A stretch of 64,000 nt of DNA, from NCBI GenBank assembly GCA_963782115.1, contig CAWAIK010000001.1, positions 160,001 through 224,000 on the forward strand, read 5' to 3'. The stretch's first letter is position 1; the number at the start of each line of letters is the position of its first letter. The notes below the pieces were generated by a model. The model did no database searches. It was not told where the DNA came from and was given only the letters and a program-made list of their open reading frames with translations. The position numbers and the translations under genes were made by a program. This DNA comes from an uncultured Verrucomicrobiae bacterium (GTDB taxonomy: Bacteria; Verrucomicrobiota; Verrucomicrobiia; Chthoniobacterales; JAFAMB01). This document shows positions 1-7,015 of the stretch, piece by piece.

Positions 1-895
1 TGCCATCTCGGTAGTAGTTCTTGCGGCCGTGAATCCCTACTTCAGGACCGTGGAGAATTTAGAAAATGTTCTCCTGCAAGCTTCATTTGCCGGGATTGGG
101 GCCGCCGGCATGACACTCTTAATCGTTTCAGGTGCCTTTGATTTATCGGTAGCCGGTCTACTCGGACTCTGCGGCGTCCTGATTTCCGAGTTGTTACCTT
201 CCTTAGGCGTAGTTTTAACAATGGTGGCTGCGTTATTCTTCGGTGTTCTCCTGGGTTTACTAAATGGCATGGTAGTTACCAAACTGCGGATCCCCGCTTT
301 CATCGCAACCCTGGGAATGATGAACATCTACCTGGCCCTGGCCTTTATCTGGACCCAGGGCAGCCGGGTTATCTCCGTTTTAGATTCGAGCTTCACCATT
401 CTCGGCACGGGAACGTTGTTCGGCGTTTTGCCGATTCCGTTTCTCATGATGATTGTCACCTATCTGGTCTGCTATGGAATTCTGAACCGGAGTGTTTATG
501 GCCGTTGCCTTCGCGCTGTCGGAAGCAGTGAAATCGCGGCGCGAACTGCTGGTCTGCCAGTTGATCTCATTAGAATTCTGGCCTTCGCTATCGTTGGGGG
601 TTGCAGCGCCTTAGCCGGGACCTTCCTTACGGCAGAATTATCGTCGGCCAGTGCCATCATGGCTACCGGTTATGAATTAACCGTAATAGCGGTGGTCGTC
701 ATCGGAGGTACCAGCTTAAAGGGAGGTGAAGGTACGCTTTTCGGTTCGTTCGCCGGCGCTCTATTTTTCGCTGTCATTAGCAGTGCACTCAACATCTTGA
801 ACGTTGGTGCGTATTGGCAATATATCGTGACCGGTATTTTTTTAATTAGCGCGTTGGGTGTACAAGCCTTGCGCAGCCATATTCTCGTGGAGTGA
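1..895 (+). CDS. Sugar ABC transporter permease (RbsC/BPD_transp_2 family), 5'-truncated by the window edge
   Basis: Hydrophobic ORF with DLSV, IPAFIATLG, YGR..RAVG and ELTVIAVVVIGGTSLKGG motifs; the frame is open back to base 2. Confidence 0.9.
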   Translation, partial: AISVVVLAAVNPYFRTVENLENVLLQASFAGIGAAGMTLLIVSGAFDLSVAGLLGLCGVLISELLPSLGVVLTMVAALFFGVLLGLLNGMVVTKLRIPAFIATLGMMNIYLALAFIWTQGSRVISVLDSSFTILGTGTLFGVLPIPFLMMIVTYLVCYGILNRSVYGRCLRAVGSSEIAARTAGLPVDLIRILAFAIVGGCSALAGTFLTAELSSASAIMATGYELTVIAVVVIGGTSLKGGEGTLFGSFAGALFFAVISSALNILNVGAYWQYIVTGIFLISALGVQALRSHILVE

Positions 896-967
896 CGGTC
901 AGCCGGCACGCGCAATAATAGAGTTTATGGGCGCCATGCGCGGCCGGCCACCGTTCCGAGCTGGCAA

Positions 968-1879
968 TCATCGAGAAGCAAGCAGCGCCTTAGACAATTT
1001 ACACACCATGGTATAGGCCGGGTCGAAGACGTTGCCAAGGTCGTATCTGACACATTGCCCTAGTAGCAGGCTCGCGCTGGTCGCGTCTAACCCAAAATCG
1101 TCCTTGAGCCACCGGAGCATCTCGGTCGTCGCGTGCTGCACCGCCTGGTCCAGCGGGCGGGCGTTGCCGACGGCGAAGATAAACTCGGCGTTCTCACCCC
1201 GCGGCCAGCGGATGCGCTTCCCTTTGATCACCTGCACCGTGAACTGGACCTCCATCGAAATTTCGATCCCTGTGCCGACGATCTCGCCATCTCCCTGGGT
1301 GGCGTGGCCGTCGCCAAGGTGGAGCAGTGCTCCGGGCACAAAGACCGGAAAGTAAGCGGTGACGCCAGCTACGAACCCGGGATAGTCCATATTTCCGCCG
1401 TGCTCGGCCGAGGTCGCGGTCGAGATCGCCTGGCCGCGTGGCGGGGCAACGCCAAAGCATCCGAGCATTGGCGACAGCGGAATCGTCAGGCGACCGAGCT
1501 TGGTTTCCGGCTTGATCAGTGTGGCCGTGCGGCGCTGGTTATCGACGTGCCAATCGGCCAGCTCGCGCTCGGGCAGTTCGCGGACATACGACGGCTCGAC
1601 TACGTTCTCTGCGACAACTGTGCCAGTGTACCCGATCGCCCGGTTCGGCGAGATGCGGTCCAGTTGCACGACCAGGGTGTCGCCCGGGTCCGCGCCCGCG
1701 ACGTAGAATGGGCCGGTCTGAGGGTTTCCGCGAGGCGTTACCTGCCTGTCATTGGCGTCCTTGCCCAGGGCGTCGACAGTGGTGGTGAGCACGGTGTCTC
1801 CATCGTCGATTCGCAGGACCGGCTCGTGAGAGCCGATGGCGTTGTGGTAATGAGTTGGTTGGAAATGGTGTATTGCCAT
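968..1879 (-). CDS. Acetamidase/formamidase family protein
   Basis: NPQTGPFYVAGADPGDTL, HGGNMD and GDGHATQGDGE motifs; ATG at 1879 preceded by GGAG (the longer ORF-track start runs through AT-rich intergenic DNA). Confidence 0.9.
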   Translation of the reverse strand: MAIHHFQPTHYHNAIGSHEPVLRIDDGDTVLTTTVDALGKDANDRQVTPRGNPQTGPFYVAGADPGDTLVVQLDRISPNRAIGYTGTVVAENVVEPSYVRELPERELADWHVDNQRRTATLIKPETKLGRLTIPLSPMLGCFGVAPPRGQAISTATSAEHGGNMDYPGFVAGVTAYFPVFVPGALLHLGDGHATQGDGEIVGTGIEISMEVQFTVQVIKGKRIRWPRGENAEFIFAVGNARPLDQAVQHATTEMLRWLKDDFGLDATSASLLLGQCVRYDLGNVFDPAYTMVCKLSKALLASR

Positions 1880-2507
1880 TCGTGCTCCGTTCGTGAAAGA
1901 GATACGGCCATTGTAACACGACGAGCCCTGGTGGCTAGCGAGCGGATCTTGGCCGGATCTCAAAAAAACACTAGTTTCCATATATAGTTTTAATTTCCAT
2001 ATAGAAATTGATTGTTCATACACTTTGTTAGTTTCAATCGGGCTGCCAGTGTCATCCGTTAGACGGTCAAGGGCGAACATTGTTGGAGTCACTGCAACCA
2101 TTACATTTTTTCGTTCCTCTATAATCTTTTACCATATTCTAAAACTATGGTGCGCGTGCAAAAAGAGTATTGGCGACACGCTTGATTCCCAAAGACAATG
2201 CCTAATTGTCTGACAACGGATTTTCTAGCATGAAGCCGCCGGTCGGAGAGGCGGTGGGGCTGCTCTCAAAAATCCGAAGTGCAGGCCGAGTTAATGTTAT
2301 ATGGGAGAGACTAACAAGTACTATGTAACCGTGGCAGTGGACCGATGTGTCATTCCGGAAGGAGTTATGATACGGGCGGCGAATAGAGACCTAGCAGCCT
2401 AGAAAGCTGAGATGAAGGTTGCGCTGCAGATGCAAGATGCCATTACGGTGCAGGCCATCAACGTCCGAGAGGGCTAAAGCGATTGTCGGAAAAAGAAAGT
2501 GCTACCA

Positions 2508-2735
2508 ATGACACCCATTCACGCGAAAGTCGTGGCGGTCGACAAAAAGGACGACAAATATCTGGTCATCATACAGATCATGCTTCGGAAGTATCGAGGC
2601 TCATTCAATACGCTTACCTTCGGTGAAAAGAAACCTTCCGTCGGCTCCTATCACAACGGCCGCCTCGATCTCGTTTATTATATAGACCCGGGTCTCAAGA
2701 CAGGAGGCCCATTTCCGTTATGGAGGATTGACTGA
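2508..2735 (+). CDS. Small hypothetical protein (75 aa), paralog of 60167..60394
   Basis: Ungapped manual alignment to the 75-aa ORF at 60167 gives about 44/75 identities. Confidence 0.75.
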   Translation: MTPIHAKVVAVDKKDDKYLVIIQIMLRKYRGSFNTLTFGEKKPSVGSYHNGRLDLVYYIDPGLKTGGPFPLWRID

Positions 2736-2739
2736 GGAA

Positions 2740-3050
2740 GCGGGGAAGTTGTCAGTGTCAGGGGGAAGTTGTCAGTAGTCAGTTGTCAGTGTCAGTGCGG
2801 GAGGAAGCCGGGGAAGTTGTCAGTAGTCAGTTGTCAGTGTCAGTGGGCGGGAAGAGTCGGTGGAAGTAGCCAACTCGACAAGTGTCAGCTCGAAATGGAT
2901 ACTTGCACCGAAGCTTCCCCCTCCTCACTGACACGGACTACTGACAACTGCTTCTGAGTATCCATCTCGACAAGTCTCAGCTCGAAATGAAAACTTCCAC
3001 CGAAGCTTCCCTCTCCTTACTGACACTGACAACTGACTACTGACAACTTC
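2740..3050. repeat. Intergenic GTCAGT/ACTGAC short-repeat cluster in inverted arrangement, with a ~47-bp internal duplication
   Basis: gttgtcagtagtcagttgtcagtgtcagtg runs at 2748-2845; complementary actgac runs at 2926-2949 and 3019-3048; ctcgacaagt.tcagctcgaaatg...ccgaagcttccc occurs twice (2874, 2966). Confidence 0.85.
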
Positions 3051-3053
3051 TTC

Positions 3054-3450
3054 ATGAGGATGCTGTTCGTCGCCGATCTGCAGTATACGCTCAAACAGCT
3101 CGACTGGCTGGGGGCACACGCGGGCAAGTATTTGTCGACGGAGAGAGTGCACTGCTCAGCGATACACGCCTCCCCGCCTGCCCATGGTGGAATGGTCCCG
3201 TGTCGCGCGCTGAGCTGGAAAACCTACTCGAGCGTGAGTCGGCAAAGAGTGCCAGCCGGTGGATCTGGAGCCATCACGAGCCGCCCGAAGGTGCGCGCGT
3301 CAGTTGGTCGGGAAAAAAGCTCCTTGGCGATCCCTTTCTTCGCGAGTGGATCAATCGCTTTCAACCCGATCTGGTTCTGAGCGGCCATATTCACAGTGCG
3401 CCCTTCTATCCAGAGAGCTCATGGATTGACCGGATCGGCAAGACCTGGAA
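3054..3450 (+). pseudogene. Metallophosphoesterase remnant (internal deletion and frameshift)
   Basis: N-terminal MRMLFVADL(H->Q) motif in one frame; HHEPP and LVLSGHIH motifs in another; the central GD/GNHD motifs are missing. Confidence 0.7.
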
Positions 3451-3788
3451 GATATTTGTTTACAGCGTCGAGCCGGCGCGCAACCAATTCGCAGACGTGC
3501 AAACAAACTCTCGGTGACGCCTCCAGAAACTGGCGCGGGTTCTGGACAACATGAAATGCGCAGGGCTTAAGCGCTCGGACCGTCGCTGTGTGGTTGCAGC
3601 CGAGCAGCGCGGATAATTCGGCCAAATACCGCGCCCGGTTGCGAAGCCGTGGCGACCTGAACGCCATCCTTCACTACCTCGACGAGAAAAAAGAGCAGAT
3701 CGGTCTTTTTGCCTTGATCGATGACTACCTGTCCCGCGTCAAAGTGCCGCACTTCGCTGCCGTAAATAAGCTCCAGGATCGAAGACAT
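3450..3788 (-). pseudogene. Cyclic-nucleotide-binding domain protein, frameshifted
   Basis: FDAGQVVIDQG..VEVVKDG..PGAVFG continues in another frame as ELSALLG..HTATVRA, the cNMP-binding signature. Confidence 0.75.
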
Positions 3789-3827
3789 GGAGGAAGTTGT
3801 CAGAGGAAGCTGTCAGTAGCCAGTTGT

Positions 3828-3892
3828 CAGTGTCAGTAGTCAGTGTCAGTAGTCAGTGTCAGTAGTCAGTGTCAGTAGTCAGTGTCAGTAGT
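3828..3892. repeat. Five tandem copies of the 13-mer CAGTGTCAGTAGT
   Basis: Read directly from the sequence. Confidence 0.95.
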
Positions 3893-4304
3893 GAATGGCG
3901 CTTCTATGAAGCCGAGTTTGTCAAGAAAATAGTCTTTGTTTTATTTTTTGTTCGTTTTTACCGACTTCTGACAACAACTCACCTCTTTGGCTTTGGTGCT
4001 TGATCATGCGGCGGCGTTTACGCCGCAATGATCAAACGCCAAAGTCAGTCACTCTTTGAGCGCGCAACGTAGTTGGTTCAAGGCGAACAACGGAATAAAT
4101 GGCAGGGGCCCGCCGGAGGCGGGAAGGATGCCGTTTATGCCGGCTGTGAGATTGAACCAACGCAGTGGAGCGCTACTGAAGTGGGATCCGCTTTTTAGCT
4201 AGGGGTTTTTCTCCGGTTCGCTTCCTCCTTTTTCTGTTTTCGCCCTGTTCTGCAGTTCAATCTTTTGGCCCCTTTCAACGTCTGCTGTCCGAACGCGAGC
4301 GATG

Positions 4305-4460
4305 TCTTTGGTGCTCGGTTTAAGCTTCTATCCGCTGGAGCAGGCTCCAAACATGGTGATTTATGCAATGAGCAAATCAGGGACAGCAACGAGCGGTCTA
4401 ATCTAAGTTGCGGGTTTGTTCGCCCAAGCGCCATTGAAGACGCGCGCCGTTGCTGCCAAA
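4305..4460 (-). ncRNA. Predicted bridge/seek RNA (target-binding and donor-binding loops) of the IS110 element
   Basis: Stem CAGCAACG/CGTTGCTG encloses guides AATGGCGCT (rc of 4427-4435) and AACTTAG (rc of 4403-4409) matching both target halves; a second loop has CTTCTAT (4325-4331) matching the element end; RNA ends are approximate. Confidence 0.8.
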
Positions 4461-4532
4461 AAATTCATCTGCGGACTAGCGGGTTTAAATTTCAGTGGCT
4501 CCCCTCCTTCTCCTGAGAGGTGAGCTCTCTCT

Positions 4533-5627
4533 TTATTTGGCGGAGTGCATAATTAAACCTAATTTTTCAGGGGTGGTTTGCCCGGTGGATAAACGCCATA
4601 AATCAATCGCTAAACGCCGTGCTGCTTGAACGACCAAGCGCTTCCTGGCGCGTTTGCCTTTGACCAAGCCTGTCGCTAAGCGACGCACCGGTGGATACTG
4701 CGGCTGCCAGATCATTAGGCGCCACACCATCTCCACCAAAGTCCAGCGCACAATCCCTATCCCACAGCGGTTGATCGAGCCCTCTTTGCCGCGACCATCG
4801 CTTTGATGAATCCCTGGACATAGACCCGTCATGCTGCCCACTTGGCGCCGATTGGTAAAGCGCTCGAAACCCCTCATCTCGTAATGGAGTACTGCCGCGC
4901 TATAGGCCCCGACTCCTTTGGGGAGAATCGCCGGAGCAAGCGCGGCGATCCGCTCCCGCAACGCGCCTTGCTCCTCATCAGTGCTCAATATTTTGTTGCG
5001 CCAACCGATCAACTGTTCCTTCATCCAGTCCTTGAGCCGAGGATCGCTCTGGACTTCCAGCCACGTGTCGCCGTGCCACCATCGGCCATGGACCTCGATG
5101 CCTTGAGCACACAGCAAGCCTTTCCCTCGAGCCTCACAGCGGCCGCGGTCGGCCATAATCTGGCGATGATAGCGGATCAGTGCTCGCTTCTCCTCTTGTT
5201 CTTCGGTTGGCACCGCCACCACACTCAAGGCTTTATCCTGACCACGCAGATAGCGATCCAGGCAGTCGCATAACTCCCCGGCATCGCGCTTATCAGTCTT
5301 TTGCTTCTTGCCTCCTTGACCCATCGCCTTGGGCACCACCACCAGGTTTTTGACTCCCACCTTCACTAGCTCACGGTGTAACCAGTAACCGCAGGCTCCG
5401 GCTTCGTAACAGCTGTGGATTTCCCAGCCTTCTGCCAGCTTCTTCCGCACCCAGTTCAGAAAATCCACGTGACTCATTTTCCCGGCCGCTTTGATCCGGC
5501 CCCCATTCTCCTGCATCGCCACCGTGACCTGCCGATAATGCATATCGAGTCCCAAATGCAGAACTCGATTCAGACAGTTGACCAGGCTTGGCACGCTGTT
5601 ACCGTTGCTTGATATATCGTTGATCAT
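4533..5627 (-). CDS. IS110-family DEDD recombinase/transposase
   Basis: LGLDMH, CYEAG and KTDKRDA (DEDD) plus GLCPGIHQSDG (Tnp-domain serine); start could be ATG 5627 or TTG 5639. Confidence 0.95.
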   Translation of the reverse strand: MINDISSNGNSVPSLVNCLNRVLHLGLDMHYRQVTVAMQENGGRIKAAGKMSHVDFLNWVRKKLAEGWEIHSCYEAGACGYWLHRELVKVGVKNLVVVPKAMGQGGKKQKTDKRDAGELCDCLDRYLRGQDKALSVVAVPTEEQEEKRALIRYHRQIMADRGRCEARGKGLLCAQGIEVHGRWWHGDTWLEVQSDPRLKDWMKEQLIGWRNKILSTDEEQGALRERIAALAPAILPKGVGAYSAAVLHYEMRGFERFTNRRQVGSMTGLCPGIHQSDGRGKEGSINRCGIGIVRWTLVEMVWRLMIWQPQYPPVRRLATGLVKGKRARKRLVVQAARRLAIDLWRLSTGQTTPEKLGLIMHSAK

Positions 5628-5782
5628 AAGAGCCGACAATTTACAGCGGGTGCTGTTTCTTGTCGGCTCATGTCATCTAAGTTAAGGGTTCTTTGGGACG
5701 ATCAACTGCCCCGAAGCCGAAGGGGTTGGAGAACTCAGCCCAAGTTTTCAACCCGGGAAGGTAAGGCGGGACGCCTTACTTA

Positions 5783-6566
5783 GTGCGCCTGAGAGTGCGC
5801 ACCAACAGTGGGGTGGAAGTCCCCATCGGACGGAGCACTGGCTGTCCGTAGCTGAAGGAAACTGCGTCGCCGAGAGGCGGGGTGGGGAGCAACCCGAAGC
5901 GAACGACCAGTCCATAATTAACAAAATGATGAACTCGATACGGCCTGATGCATTGGCGAGCCTGCTAAGTAAAGGCGAAGCCCAGAACGGAAGCCGCCCG
6001 GAAAGGGAACGGTAACTCCGCGACCTGACCTGCGGCGAGAAGTGAGCGTGGGGCCAGGAGTGCATGGGGTGGGTGGAGATAGAATGGTCGGAAGTTGGAG
6101 CGACATGAATCAGGGATCACGATTCGGGAAGGAACGGCGTTCATGACCGGCAGAGGGTCCGAAGAACCGTGCCCGAAAGGTGACAGAGCCTTCGTAAGAG
6201 CGCAGAAGCGGGGTAATGCCCGTGGAGCAAAGGAAGGCAGGAAGGTGGAAGCGTGAAAGACAGAACACAGGAACAAAGATCGCCGAGAGTGCCCGAGAGG
6301 GCTCCACAAGACGAAGAGATCCGTGCCCGATGGGCATGGGTGGAAACTGAGGCCTGGACAGAGCGCATGTTGGCAACCCTGGAAACGGGGATTGAAGGAG
6401 GAACGCCTACTTCACCACCATGGGCTTGTTCTCCTTAGGACAGGCTCATCATCAGGTGGCTTGCCAATCTTCTTGAAAGTTAACCACCAACTGGAGAGCC
6501 GAATGCCGGAAATCGGCCTGTTCGGTTCGGAGGGAGGGGCGCCGACACACGGCGTCCCTACCCTAT
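5783..6566 (+). mobile_element. Group II intron ribozyme, 784 nt, with an internally deleted RT ORF
   Basis: 5' GTGCG; domain V GAGCCGAATGCCGGAAATCGGCCTGTTCGGTTC (6496-6528); domain VI ending CCTACCCTAT; EBS1 TAAGTAA (5966-5972) complementary to the 5' exon TTACTTA (5776-5782). Confidence 0.9.
6253..6476 (+). pseudogene. Remnant of the intron-encoded reverse transcriptase/maturase (N- and C-termini only)
   Basis: WAWVETEAWTERMLATLETGIEGG is joined out of frame to NAYFTTMGLFSL...QSS*; no RT core or YADD remains. Confidence 0.75.
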
Positions 6567-6619
6567 CGGCAGATAGGCGGGACATACTGGGATAAAAGGG
6601 GTAATCAAACGACCGGTTC

Positions 6620-6712
6620 GCCCGCAGCAGTAAGTAAGGCGTCTCGCCTGACCCCTCTTTCGCAAGCTAACCGTCCCGGTTTGCCCGCAGCAGTAAGTAA
6701 GGCGTCTCGCCT
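6620..6712. repeat. Two REP-like palindromes GCCCGCAGCAGTAAGTAAGGCGTCTCGCCT, inverted relative to the copy at 5760-5782
   Basis: 30-bp direct copies at 6620-6649 and 6683-6712. Confidence 0.85.
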
Positions 6713-7015
6713 TACCCCGCGCCCTGAATAGTTCTCGGAAAGTCCAAACTCCAGACGGCGCCTTCGGGGCCGTGAAACAACCCAAACCGCCCTTAACTTA
6801 GCGCCATTCGTGTCAGTAGTCAGTGTCAATGGGCAAGTTAATGGCTCGGGCTTTGTGTTTCAAATTTTGATGCATCGTCCATGAATCTTCCTTGCTGGCT
6901 ACCCCATCCATTTTCTCCCTCTATTGATAAGTCGCCCCTCGAGATGGATCCTTCGATCGACGCTTGCTCCCAACTGACAACTGACCACTGACCACTGACC
7001 ACTGACCACTTCCTC

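Larger units (their letters stand above)
3903..5678 (-). mobile_element. IS110-family insertion sequence (IS1111-type layout), 1776 bp, inserted at a CT core
   Basis: CT at both junctions (3901-3902 and 5677-5678); removing the element restores AATGGCGCTAAGTT, found intact at 6795-6808 on the minus strand; sub-terminal inverted repeats ATGAAGCCGA / TCGGCTCAT; long non-coding end downstream of the transposase. Confidence 0.92.
3893..6809. mobile_element. IS4-family-like MITE (~357 bp when empty) carrying a nested IS110 element and a group II intron
   Basis: 20-bp perfect TIRs GAATGGCGCTAAGTTAAGGG (left copy split by the IS110 at 3901/5678, right copy 6790-6809); flanking direct repeat GTGTCAGTAGT at 3882-3892 and 6810-6820. 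Confidence 0.8.

Noticed and set aside
1133..1987. 284-aa plus-strand ORF and similar long antisense ORFs elsewhere
   Set aside because: Shadow frames of well-supported genes on the opposite strand
2100..2500. Possible riboswitch or ncRNA in the divergent intergenic region
   Set aside because: Only short GC stems; no recognisable consensus
2769..2957. Small Cys-rich ORFs (SVVSCQCQ...) here and at 27388 and 60700
   Set aside because: They are translations of the GTCAGT DNA repeat, not peptide genes
3828..3892. GTCAGT arrays as CRISPR repeats or iterons
   Set aside because: No spacers and no rep gene; the motif is dispersed through many intergenic regions
4195..4516. Short ORFs in the IS110 non-coding end as cargo genes
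   Set aside because: No recognisable motifs; they overlap the guide-bearing RNA structure, which explains the sequence better
5748..6376. Several minus-strand ORFs
   Set aside because: Antisense to the group II intron ribozyme; no recognisable motifs
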